Part shown: positions 42,986 to 51,813 of the stretch, in pieces
How the letters are laid out: each line of letters opens with the position of its first letter
Position numbering within the stretch: the stretch's first letter is position 1
Assembly (NCBI GenBank): GCA_937958885.1
Contig: CALGMT010000015.1
Span: 4,280-68,279 of the forward strand
From: an uncultured bacterium
Lineage (GTDB): Bacteria; Verrucomicrobiota; Kiritimatiellia; CAIVKH01
Direction of reading: 5' to 3'
Length of the DNA: 64,000 nt
Notes under the pieces: model-generated
Told to the model about the DNA's origin: nothing
The model's database searches: none
The model's input: only the letters and a program-made list of their open reading frames with translations
Program-made: the position numbers and the translations under genes

Positions 42986-44479
42986 ATGTCGAAACATTTG
43001 TCCCTGTTGGACGCAACGCAACCGCCGCATCGTGTGACGCATCGCGTCACCGCGATCGCCGGCGATGGAATAGGGCCCGAGGTGATGGCCGCCGCGCGCC
43101 GTGTGCTCGACGCCGCGGGAGTTTCAATCGCGTGGGAGGACGCAGAGGCCGGCGGCGCAGCATTCGCGCGCGGCGTCGTTTCCGGCGTGCCCTCGGAAAC
43201 CATTGCCTCCATCGCAAGAACGCGCGTGTTGTTCAAGGGTCCGCTTGAAACGCCCGTCGGGCATGGCGGCAAGAGCGCGAATGTGACGCTGCGCAAATTG
43301 TTCGAAACCTTTGCGAACGTGCGCCCTGTCCGCGAGATTCCAGGCGTGCCGACGCGCTTCAGCGGTTCCGGCGTTGATCTCGTCGTCGTCCGCGAAAATG
43401 TCGAGGACCTCTATGCCGGCATCGAGCACATGCAAACCCCGGAGGTCGCGCAGTGCCTCAAGCTCATCTCGCGCAAAGGATGCGAAAAAATCGTCAGACT
43501 CGCGTTCGAGCTCGCGCGCGCCGAGGGCCGCACGCGCGTCCATTGCGCAACGAAGGCAAACATTATGAAATTGACCGAAGGCTTGATGAAAAAGGTCTTC
43601 GAGGAAATCGCGACCGACTATCCGGAAATCGAGGCGAAGCACATCATCATCGACAACTGCGCGCACCAGCTCGTGATGAAGCCGCAACAGTTTCAAGTCA
43701 TCGTGACCACAAATTTGAACGGCGATATTTTGAGCGATTTGTGCTCCGGCTTGATCGGCGGGCTCGGGTTTTCACCCTCTGTCAACCTTGGTCACGACGT
43801 TGCTATTTTTGAGCCTGTTCATGGTTCGGCTCCTGATATTGCAGGACAAGACAAAGCAAACCCGACCGCGATGATCCTGTCCGGTGCGATCCTGCTGCGG
43901 CATCTCGGCGAAATGGAGGCGGCGATCCGCGTTGAGAACGCCGTGTTGGCCACGCTGGAGGAGGGCGCAGCCCGCACACCCGATATGGCCGCGGGTGGTC
44001 CGTCTGTCGGCACCCGTGCCTACACCGAGGCCGTGATCGCCCATCTCGGATGCGCGCCGAAAGACCACGCCGCGCGCGCCGCCGCGCCGCTGCGGATTCC
44101 CGCGCGTATGGCCGGCGCGTCCATGCGCCCCGCGCCCGCGCGCGCCGCGATCGGCGTCGATGTGTTTATCGAGTCGGAGTCGGAACCTGAAGCAATCGGC
44201 TCGGCGCTTGCGGCGTTGGCCGTCGGCCACGGGTTTGAACTAAAGATGATTTCCAACCGCGGAACGCAGGTGTATCCGGCGCGCGACGCGGAAACCGACT
44301 GTGTGAACCACTGGCGCTGTCGATTTCTTGCCACTTCACGCGCGGCCGACATTCCCGCACGGACTCTTGCGCGGCTATTGGAGGCAATCGAGGTTGCCGG
44401 TTGGCGATGGATGCACATCGAAAAACTGCAGGAGTTTGACGGCGTTCCCGCGTACACCCGCGCCCAGGGCGAGGATTAG
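42986..44479 (+). CDS. icd: NAD-dependent-type isocitrate dehydrogenase with ~150-aa C-terminal extension
   Basis: ATG 42986 preceded by AGGAG. GDGIGPEV, VVVRENVEDLY and NLNGDILSD motifs. The long C-terminal tail matches the prokaryotic ~480-aa IDH subfamily as I recall it. Confidence 0.85.
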   Translation: MSKHLSLLDATQPPHRVTHRVTAIAGDGIGPEVMAAARRVLDAAGVSIAWEDAEAGGAAFARGVVSGVPSETIASIARTRVLFKGPLETPVGHGGKSANVTLRKLFETFANVRPVREIPGVPTRFSGSGVDLVVVRENVEDLYAGIEHMQTPEVAQCLKLISRKGCEKIVRLAFELARAEGRTRVHCATKANIMKLTEGLMKKVFEEIATDYPEIEAKHIIIDNCAHQLVMKPQQFQVIVTTNLNGDILSDLCSGLIGGLGFSPSVNLGHDVAIFEPVHGSAPDIAGQDKANPTAMILSGAILLRHLGEMEAAIRVENAVLATLEEGAARTPDMAAGGPSVGTRAYTEAVIAHLGCAPKDHAARAAAPLRIPARMAGASMRPAPARAAIGVDVFIESESEPEAIGSALAALAVGHGFELKMISNRGTQVYPARDAETDCVNHWRCRFLATSRAADIPARTLARLLEAIEVAGWRWMHIEKLQEFDGVPAYTRAQGED

Positions 44480-44539
44480 ACGGGATTCAGAATAGATCGC
44501 CAAGCGTTGGCGATCTCCGCATGAAACGCGCGCGCCGGT

Positions 44540-44585
44540 AAAGGGGTGACTCTTTTCCGTCAAGAATAAAGGACTGACCCCTTTT
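44540..44585. repeat. REP-like palindromic unit; possible bidirectional terminator
   Basis: AAAGGGGTGACTC...TCAAGAATAAAGGACTGACCCCTTTT. The last 26 nt are the exact reverse complement of 41979-42004. Confidence 0.8.
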
Positions 44586-44620
44586 GCTCTGATACCGCGC
44601 CGCGCACCTGCGCTCCGCGG

Positions 44621-44791
44621 TCATTTCCCGCCCGCCAAGAGCGCGCCGAGCATGCCGTAGATGGCGATGGCGATCCAGGGGTTGGCGGTGAGGGGACAGG
44701 CGCCGGTTTTACATCCGACGAAGCGATATAGGAGAAATCCCACCGCCGCGCCGATTGCGGCGCCGATGAGGGTTCGCAGCAACGGATTCAT
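44621..44791 (-). CDS. small membrane protein (56 aa, below the ORF-track cutoff)
   Basis: Hand translation gives MNPLLRTLIGAAIGAAVGFLLYRFVGCKTGACPLTANPWIAIAIYGMLGALLAGGK: two hydrophobic segments flanking a Cx4C. Lies directly downstream of the P-II-like gene. Confidence 0.5.
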   Translation of the reverse strand: MNPLLRTLIGAAIGAAVGFLLYRFVGCKTGACPLTANPWIAIAIYGMLGALLAGGK

Positions 44792-44801
44792 GGCGACCCT
44801 T

Positions 44802-45092
44802 TCACAACACCGCCTCCGCGGGAATCGCGAAGGCGTGCAGCCGTTCGTCCGGATAGAGCCGGCTTTTGAGCGCGGACAGGCCGTCGATCACCGCGACGAA
44901 CTGCTCGGCGTTCAGCACGCTGAAGATCAGCGTTTCGCGGCCGGGGAAGGCTTGCGTGTCGAGATGCGCGCCGGTTGTCCCCATCCCGAGTACGTCGGGC
45001 ACTTCGGTGAAGGCGCGCGCGCCCCGCGCGCGAAGCACGTCCCGAATCTCGCGTTCGCGCGATTGCGGGCCAATCACGATGAGCATCTTCAT
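44802..45092 (-). CDS. P-II-like small protein
   Basis: ATG 45092 overlaps the RND stop (ATGA). 96 aa, MKMLIVIGPQSREREIRDVLRARGARAFTEVPDVLGMGTTG, with beta-alpha-beta periodicity like GlnB/DUF3240-type proteins. Confidence 0.65.
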   Translation of the reverse strand: MKMLIVIGPQSREREIRDVLRARGARAFTEVPDVLGMGTTGAHLDTQAFPGRETLIFSVLNAEQFVAVIDGLSALKSRLYPDERLHAFAIPAEAVL

Positions 45093-48000
45093 GATGGAAC
45101 CTCCGGCGTGCGGTCGCCGTAAATCAAATAGTACACCACAGGTATCACGACGAGCGTGAATGCGGTGGACACGAACAATCCGAAGATAAGCGACCAGGCG
45201 AGTCCGCTGAAGATCGGATCGAGCGTGATCGGCCACGCGCCGAGCAGCGTCGTGCCGGCGGTCAGCACAATCGGGCGGAGGCGAACGGCGCCGGATTCGA
45301 GGATCGCGTCCTTGATCGGACGCCCGCGCTCGACTTGCAGGCGGATGAAGTCGATCAGAATGATGCCGTTCCGCACGACAATGCCGGCCAGCGCAATCAT
45401 GCCGATCATGGCCGTCGCAGTGAAGAATACCGGATCGGGATAGCCTGCGACGGGCCGGTTCACCAGCAGGTTCAAAATCCAGAAGCCGGGCATGATGCCG
45501 ATCATGGTCAGCGGAATGGAAAGCATGATCACGCCGGGTAAAGCATACGAGCGGGTTTCGTAGACGAGCAGGACATAGATGCCGAGCAGCGCCGCCGCAA
45601 AGGCGAGTCCGAGATCGCGGAAGACATCCACCGTGATCTTCCATTCGCCCTCGCCGCTCCAGTCGGCGCGAATGCCATCGGGCAGCGGGTGCTTCTTGAA
45701 GTGCCGTTGCAGCGCGAGCACGGGATAGGCGGGGCCGCGGCCTGCCGTTTCGGCGGTCACATAGACCACGCGCTCGAGATTTTTGTGGAAGATGGTTTTG
45801 TCTTCAAGGCCCTCCCTGAATATGCCGATTTCGCCCAGTTGAACCAAATCGCCGCCTCGTCCTTTGACGGGAATTGTTTTCAGCCGCTCGACATCGGAGC
45901 GCTGGGCGCGGGGCAGTTGCAGGCGGATCACGGTCTCGTTCTGCTCGCCCGATTCGTGCAGGGTGCCGACATCCGCGCCGGCGAGCGCCATGCGCAGCGT
46001 GCGGACGGCGTCGTCCACAGATATGCCGTTTCGAGCGGCTTTATCGCGGTCGAGTTCGTATGTCACTTTTTTCTGGTCGGCTTCGACGTAGTCGTCCACC
46101 TCAACCACACCGCGCTCCGCGCGCATGCGCGCCTTGACGATCTCGGCGGCGGCGATGAGCTCGTCATAGCGGTGGTGCGGTCGCCCGTAAATTTCGGCGA
46201 CGATGGTGGCGAGAACCGGCGGTCCGGGCGGCACTTCCACGATCTTGACCATCGCGCCGTTGCGCCGGGCGACAGCTTCGACGTCGGGTCGGATGCGCAG
46301 CGCGATGGCATGGCTGTTCATGGCGCGCTTTTTGCGGTGTGCGAGGTTGATGCGTATATCCGCGACGTGCGGACCCTGGCGCAAGTAATAGTGGCGGACG
46401 AGTCCGTTGAAATCCATCGGCGAGGCAGCGCCGACAAGCGAGGTGAAATGTTCGATCTCCGGCACCGTGCGGAGAAGGTTTTCCAGATCGCGGACGACGG
46501 CGTCCGTGGCTTCGAGCGGCGTGCCTTCGGGGAGATCAACGATGAGCTGCAGTTCGTTCTTGTTGTCGAACGGCAGCATCTTTAGCGGGACGAGCAGCAG
46601 CGCCATCGCGACCGCCGCGAACAAGAGGCCGGCAACGATCCACAGCAAGCGACGCGCCTTTGCGCGCGAGTCGATGAAGGGACGCACGATGCGGGAATAA
46701 AAACGAAAGACGCGGGAGCCGCTCACGTTTTGCTCATCGGCATGCGCCTTAAATTTTGCGTTTTTGAGCATGATGCTCGAGACCCACGGCGTAATCATCA
46801 GCGAAACAATCATCGAGCTGAGCATCGCCAGCGGGACGTTCAGCGCCATGGGCCGCATGTAGGGACCCATCATGCCGGTGATGAAAAACATCGGCACGAA
46901 GGCGACCATCACGGAAAGCGTGGCGAGAATCAGCGGCGGCATGACCTCGTTCATCGCGGTTTGGATCGCGTCGAGCCGCGGCTGTTTGCCGATGCCGAGG
47001 TGGCGGTAGATGTTTTCCACGGCGACGATCGGATCGTCGACGAGCAGGCCGAGCGCGAGAATCAGCGCGAAGAGCGTGACGCGGTTGATCGTGTAGCCGG
47101 CGAGATAATTGACCAGCAGCGTGAGCGAATAGGTGATGGGCACGGCGAGCGCGACGATCAGGCCGATGCGCCAGTTCATCACCAGCGCGATGAGGACGAT
47201 CACCGTGATGATCGCCTCGCCGAGCGAGCCCACGAGATTGTTCACTTTTTCGTTGGCCGTTTGCCCGTAGTCGCGTGTGACAAGGGCCTCGACCTCATCG
47301 GGAATGATCGTGCCGCGCAGCGCGTCAATCATTTCGCGGATTGCTGCCGTCACGCGCACCGCATTGCTGCCTTTTTTCTTTGCGACGGCAATGGTGACCG
47401 CCGGCTGGATGTCAGATGATCGGGCCGAGGCGGGTCCGTATCCAAACCGGGAATAGGTGGCCGGTTCTTCGGGGCCGTCCACGATGTCCGCGACGTCGCG
47501 CAGGTAGACCGGCCGCCCCTCGTGCAGCGCAATCAGCAGGTCCTCCACCTCGCGCGCATTTCGCAAAAACGGTCCCGCGCTAACGCGCACGGTTTGGTTG
47601 GCCTGGTCGAAGGATCCGCTCTCCAGTTGCGCGTTCGAGGCCTGAATGGCCGCGGCGATTTCCCCGGGCGCCACGTGATAGGCCGCCATCCGATCGGCGT
47701 CGAGCTGAACCGTTACCATTCGGCGCTGGCCCCCGTGAATGGTAATCGCGGCGGTGTTGGGGATGTGCTGCAACCGCGCGACGACCTCTTCGGCGATGCG
47801 GTAGAGCTCGTGCGTGTCATAGCGAGCGCTTGTGAGCGCGATGCCCGCTACGGGCACGTCGTCCACCTCGATCGGCTTGATGACCCAGCCGGCGATGCCG
47901 GGCGTCGCTTTGTCCACATTCTGAAAGACCTTGTTGTACAATTTGATCAGGCTGGCCTCGCGGTCCTCGCAGACGAAGAAGCGGACCGTCACCACGGCCT

Positions 48001-48283
48001 GGCCGGGCATCGACATCGAGTAGACGTATTCGACGCCGTCGATCTGATAGAGCAGCCGCTCGAGACGCGAGGCGACGAGTCGCTCGACCTCCTCCGCGCT
48101 GCCGCCGGGGTACTGCACAAAAACATCGGCGAGCGGGACGACGATTTGCGGCTCTTCCTCGCGCGGGGTGGCGATGAGCGCAATGCCGCCGGCCGCGAGC
48201 GCGACGAACATCAGCAGGATGGCAAGATTCCCGCGGAGGAACGACTCGATCAGCCGGCCGATGCCTGAATGCGGGCCGCTCAT
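45089..48283 (-). CDS. efflux RND transporter permease subunit
   Basis: 1064 aa, 12-TM AcrB/CzcA architecture with two large periplasmic loops. Confidence 0.95.
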   Translation of the reverse strand: MSGPHSGIGRLIESFLRGNLAILLMFVALAAGGIALIATPREEEPQIVVPLADVFVQYPGGSAEEVERLVASRLERLLYQIDGVEYVYSMSMPGQAVVTVRFFVCEDREASLIKLYNKVFQNVDKATPGIAGWVIKPIEVDDVPVAGIALTSARYDTHELYRIAEEVVARLQHIPNTAAITIHGGQRRMVTVQLDADRMAAYHVAPGEIAAAIQASNAQLESGSFDQANQTVRVSAGPFLRNAREVEDLLIALHEGRPVYLRDVADIVDGPEEPATYSRFGYGPASARSSDIQPAVTIAVAKKKGSNAVRVTAAIREMIDALRGTIIPDEVEALVTRDYGQTANEKVNNLVGSLGEAIITVIVLIALVMNWRIGLIVALAVPITYSLTLLVNYLAGYTINRVTLFALILALGLLVDDPIVAVENIYRHLGIGKQPRLDAIQTAMNEVMPPLILATLSVMVAFVPMFFITGMMGPYMRPMALNVPLAMLSSMIVSLMITPWVSSIMLKNAKFKAHADEQNVSGSRVFRFYSRIVRPFIDSRAKARRLLWIVAGLLFAAVAMALLLVPLKMLPFDNKNELQLIVDLPEGTPLEATDAVVRDLENLLRTVPEIEHFTSLVGAASPMDFNGLVRHYYLRQGPHVADIRINLAHRKKRAMNSHAIALRIRPDVEAVARRNGAMVKIVEVPPGPPVLATIVAEIYGRPHHRYDELIAAAEIVKARMRAERGVVEVDDYVEADQKKVTYELDRDKAARNGISVDDAVRTLRMALAGADVGTLHESGEQNETVIRLQLPRAQRSDVERLKTIPVKGRGGDLVQLGEIGIFREGLEDKTIFHKNLERVVYVTAETAGRGPAYPVLALQRHFKKHPLPDGIRADWSGEGEWKITVDVFRDLGLAFAAALLGIYVLLVYETRSYALPGVIMLSIPLTMIGIMPGFWILNLLVNRPVAGYPDPVFFTATAMIGMIALAGIVVRNGIILIDFIRLQVERGRPIKDAILESGAVRLRPIVLTAGTTLLGAWPITLDPIFSGLAWSLIFGLFVSTAFTLVVIPVVYYLIYGDRTPEVPS

Positions 48284-49272
48284 CAGCGCGCCTCCGCCAG
48301 GATGGCGTCGCCGTCCGCCAGCCCGGACAGGATTTCGATCCGGTCGCCGCGCGCGGGCCCGGTTCGGACCAGGCGATCGATCACGCGCTCATCGCGCACC
48401 AACCCGACAAACTCCAACTGGCCCACGCGCCGAATGGCGGAAGCCGGTGCCATCATCAAGGGGCGGGGCGTTGTTTCCACCCACAATCGCCCAAAGGCGC
48501 CGGGTAGGAGATCGGCCTCCGGCCGATCAATGTTCACGCGCACGATCTGACTACGGCTGCGGGGGTCGATTTCGCCGACAATCTCGGCGACGATGCCCGT
48601 TGTCATCAGCGCGGGGTGTTCGATTGTGACCGCGACCGGCGCGCCAAGCGAAAGGTATGGAATCAAACGCACCGGAACAGCCGCCTCGACCCGCATGCGC
48701 GAGGGGTCGTAGAGGGACATGAGTTCCTGGCCGGGCGCGGCGAGATCGCCGACTTCGACTCGGCGCTCAATCACAATCCCATCGAGTGGCGCGGTGATGA
48801 CCGTGTAGGAGCGAAGCACGCGAATGCGGTCCACTTGGGCGCGCGCAGTGTGGAAGGCGGATTCGGCGGCGGTCAGTTCCTGCTCGCTGGCGGAGCGCGC
48901 TTCGAAAAGCTGTCGGGTGCGGTTGTAGTCCGCCTCGGCCTGCCGCAGTTGGGCCTCAGCCGCGGCAAGTTGCTCCTGGATTTCGCGGTCGTCGAGCACC
49001 AGCAAGACTTGGTCCTTCGCGACGCGTTGTCCGGCGTTGGCGCGAACTTCGCGCACCTCCGCCTGCAGGCGCGACGCGATTTTGACGCGCTCCGCCGCCG
49101 AAACCGTGCCGACGACATCGACGCCGGGCGTATGCGATTCGAGCGCGAGCTCGACGACCGATGCGCCCGGCGGAAGCGGACGGCCTGGCGCATGGTCCAC
49201 ACGGCCTGGTTCGATTTTAGGTCCGCCGCAGCCGGCCAATGCCAGCACGGCAACAATCAGTACTCGATGCAT
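48283..49272 (-). CDS. efflux RND transporter periplasmic adaptor subunit
   Basis: ATG 49272 gives the lipobox signal MHRVLIVAVLALAGC. Coiled-coil hairpin and barrel-sandwich regions present. The stop overlaps the RND start by 1 nt. Confidence 0.9.
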   Translation of the reverse strand: MHRVLIVAVLALAGCGGPKIEPGRVDHAPGRPLPPGASVVELALESHTPGVDVVGTVSAAERVKIASRLQAEVREVRANAGQRVAKDQVLLVLDDREIQEQLAAAEAQLRQAEADYNRTRQLFEARSASEQELTAAESAFHTARAQVDRIRVLRSYTVITAPLDGIVIERRVEVGDLAAPGQELMSLYDPSRMRVEAAVPVRLIPYLSLGAPVAVTIEHPALMTTGIVAEIVGEIDPRSRSQIVRVNIDRPEADLLPGAFGRLWVETTPRPLMMAPASAIRRVGQLEFVGLVRDERVIDRLVRTGPARGDRIEILSGLADGDAILAEAR

Positions 49273-49540
49273 AAAACGGCCTCCACAGTTGAGGGATACA
49301 CGCCTATTGGAGACACCGCCCCTCTCCAAGGTTCCCCAAAAGTGCTCGGATGAGACGCCGTGCGTTTCGCCCCGCATTCGAGGAACTCCAAATTACGGGG
49401 GGTGGCATCCGACATCGGGCGATCGAGTGTGGTTGTGTGCCGCTGGTTTCAGTTCAACGCGCGTGCCAAGACTATCCGAAAGCCCATGTGGCGTATTCCT
49501 CTGGATGCAGTGCATTTTGCCGAATTAATCATTTTCTAAC

Positions 49541-49570
49541 TTCAACAGTTTTTTCGTGGATGAGTATTAT
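49541..49570 (+). promoter_or_regulatory. candidate promoter of the PEP-CTERM gene
   Basis: TTCAAC, an 18-nt spacer, then TATTAT, inside an AT-rich tract upstream of 49599. Confidence 0.25.
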
Positions 49571-49598
49571 TCTTCGGCATATTGGGGAAATTCTGTAG

Positions 49599-50462
49599 AT
49601 GAGGTTTGACATGGTTAACAAACAGATTGTGCTACTGCTCGTTGCCAGCACGTTAGCCTTTTCGCCTCACGCGCATGGGACAATAGCCTTCGATTCGGCC
49701 TCCGATCCCGCGTACGGTGGCGGGTGGACTAATGGGTCGAATGGCGGGTACGGATTCGGACCGTGGAATCTCAGTCATCCATCGCCATCGACCACGTTTG
49801 GAATTGGACCTTCGACGGCGAACGGCGATGGGCTAGATGACGGCGTGTATAACGGTGTGCCGAGCGACGGCGATATCGGCATCGCGCTGCGTTTGCAGGG
49901 AACAAACGCTACCGCAACAGCGGGGCGATTGTTTTCATCGGGTCGACTGGCCATCGGCCAGACGTTTTCCATCGATTTTGATAACGGGGATTATGGCTAT
50001 GAAACCCGATATGCCATACAGCTTTATCAAACTGATTCCAGTTTTAACCCAGTTGATCTCGCATTTGAATTATTTCTACACTTAGGCTCTTTCTACGGAT
50101 ATTTGGACACTGGGTTTGGCACTACGACGTTGATTGAATACGGGACGGAAGGACTGCGATTCTCGTTCAGTCTCACCGGGGAAATTGATTATGGCACCGC
50201 AACGAACTACAGCTATGTCGCTTCGTTGGTGCGCGCCGACGGCGTTTCCACGTCCTGGACAGGCGAGGTGGCGTATCGCCCCGACTATCTGCAACTCGAA
50301 CATTCTATCCCGATAGGAGCGGATGCAACGGTGAACGGCTTCTATGTCAACAATCTATCGATAGTTCCGGAACCTTCCACGCTGGCAATTCTTGTATGTG
50401 GAGCGGGATGTCTTTGGTTGCGTACGCGATATCTGGCGCATAGGGCGAGGGTCAAGGGATAG
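49599..50462 (+). CDS. PEP-CTERM sorting domain-containing protein
   Basis: The C-terminus VPEPSTLAILVCGAGCLWLRTRYLAHR is a PEP motif, a TM helix and a basic tail. N-terminal signal present. ATG 49611 (GAGG upstream) is an alternative start. The gene is visibly less GC-rich than its neighbours. Confidence 0.85.
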   Translation: MRFDMVNKQIVLLLVASTLAFSPHAHGTIAFDSASDPAYGGGWTNGSNGGYGFGPWNLSHPSPSTTFGIGPSTANGDGLDDGVYNGVPSDGDIGIALRLQGTNATATAGRLFSSGRLAIGQTFSIDFDNGDYGYETRYAIQLYQTDSSFNPVDLAFELFLHLGSFYGYLDTGFGTTTLIEYGTEGLRFSFSLTGEIDYGTATNYSYVASLVRADGVSTSWTGEVAYRPDYLQLEHSIPIGADATVNGFYVNNLSIVPEPSTLAILVCGAGCLWLRTRYLAHRARVKG

Positions 50463-50702
50463 GCCGTTTAGGGGCTGTTGCCCAAATCATGTTCCCCCAA
50501 AACACCTTGCCCATCGGGCGCCGCAATGCGGAGTTAACCCACCCCGCCCTTCGGGCACCCCTCGGGAGGAGGGGACTACTCATTCGGTCCCCTCCCGGGA
50601 GGGGTCCGCGAAGCGGGGGGGGTGTTTTTCCCGGATCCGAACCGACCTTTGCTTTGCGAATATAGAGAACTTCTATCAACAGCCCGTTTGGGCAACAGCT
50701 CC
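50462..50702. mobile_element. MITE-like element with 16-bp terminal inverted repeats
   Basis: GGGGCTGTTGCCCAAA (50471-50486) pairs with TTTGGGCAACAGCTCC (50687-50702), 15 of 16 complementary. An internal GC hairpin lies at about 50549-50607. A partial second copy is at 42645-42780. Confidence 0.65.
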
Positions 50703-50804
50703 ACCGAGACCCATGCAGAGCTTCCAAACGACTGTGGCGCTTACGGGCTTCTGGGGCCGGCGGGCGGAAGATTGACAAAATCAGGCGTTTGGAGAATGAT
50801 CCTG

Positions 50805-50993
50805 ATGTCTATGAAGAGTAACCCTTCCAAAGACACGGCGGTTAACAGCGGTGTGACCGGGGCAAAGACCCCGCCTCCCAAAGGCATAACGCGCCGCCGG
50901 GCGATCAAGGTCGGCGTGTTCTCGCTGGCGACCGCATTGCCGATTGTGATGACCATCGCACCCACCGAGGCGCGTGGCTCCGACCCCTCTTAA
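50805..50993 (+). CDS. candidate substrate peptide, twin-arginine-signal-like, ending in Ser (62 aa)
   Basis: MSMKSNPSKDTAVNSGVTGAKTPPPKGITRRRAIKVGVFSLATALPIVMTIAPTEARGSDPS. GGAG lies 10 nt upstream, third codon positions are G/C-rich, and the 3' end overlaps the kinase start. ATG 50796 and 50811 are alternative starts. Confidence 0.5.
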   Translation: MSMKSNPSKDTAVNSGVTGAKTPPPKGITRRRAIKVGVFSLATALPIVMTIAPTEARGSDPS

Positions 50994-51813
50994 TCGCGAC
51001 CCTGTCACGCAGCGCTGTTTCGGCGGGTCGATCATTGTTTCCCTTCAGGCTCCTGCGCCGGTGATCGCGGCGTATGAGCGGCTTTTCGCAGCGTTCCCGT
51101 CTTCCGCGAACGGCGAGGAAACGGAACGGCTTGAAATCCGAGTGATTGCCCAGGATGCCCGGTGGGCGGTTGAGCTGGACGGCCTGCGCGCGGCTGCCTT
51201 TGAGACGGCAGCGCACATCCCGCCGTTTCTCGAAACGCTGGTGTGCCAATTTCTGATCCAACACCGCGCGGACCGTATCCCGATCCACGCCGCCGGCGTG
51301 GCGTCGGCGGCGGGTGTCGTCCTGATGCCGGGCGAGAAGGGGAGCGGCAAGTCCACGTTGAGTCTGTGGCTGGCTCAGCGCGGCTACGCTTATTTCGGGG
51401 ATGAATTGCTCTGGATCGATCCGACCTCCGCACTGCTGGAGCCGTATCCGAAGGCCGCGGCGATCAAGGCGGGGTCGTTCGCCCTTTTTGACGAGGCCGA
51501 GATCTTCGTCAGTCCGACGCGCGGGCCGCTGCGTTATTTCGCGCCCGGTGAAAGGGCGGCGCCGCTGGATACGGCTCGACCCGCCGCGCGGATCGTTTTC
51601 CCGCATTTCAATCGCGAAGAGCCGGCCGGGGTGTATCCGTTGTGTCCGGAGGAAACCTTGCTTTATTTGTCGCAGATGCTTTTCGGCGGGCTGGCGCGCA
51701 GGCCCGAGCGCTTTCCCGCCCTCGCGCGGCTCGCGCAAACGCCCGCGGTACTCGCTGTGTATCGGGATGCGCGCGAGATCGAGGAGTGGTTGCGCGCGGA
51801 AGTCCTATCATGA
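50974..51813 (+). CDS. HPr-kinase-related (HprK C-terminal domain-like) kinase
   Basis: GTG start. HAAGVASAAGVVLMPGEKGSGKSTLSLWLAQRGYAYFGDE fits the HprK P-loop region. Confidence 0.85.
   Translation: MAPTPLNRDPVTQRCFGGSIIVSLQAPAPVIAAYERLFAAFPSSANGEETERLEIRVIAQDARWAVELDGLRAAAFETAAHIPPFLETLVCQFLIQHRADRIPIHAAGVASAAGVVLMPGEKGSGKSTLSLWLAQRGYAYFGDELLWIDPTSALLEPYPKAAAIKAGSFALFDEAEIFVSPTRGPLRYFAPGERAAPLDTARPAARIVFPHFNREEPAGVYPLCPEETLLYLSQMLFGGLARRPERFPALARLAQTPAVLAVYRDAREIEEWLRAEVLS

Noticed and set aside
41978-44585. Invertible-segment (invertase-controlled) switch interpretation of the 26-bp inverted repeats
   Set aside because: No recombinase gene is adjacent, and the enclosed genes (pgsA, icd) carry their own start signals and would gain nothing obvious from inversion. 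I kept it only as a low-probability alternative in the finding.
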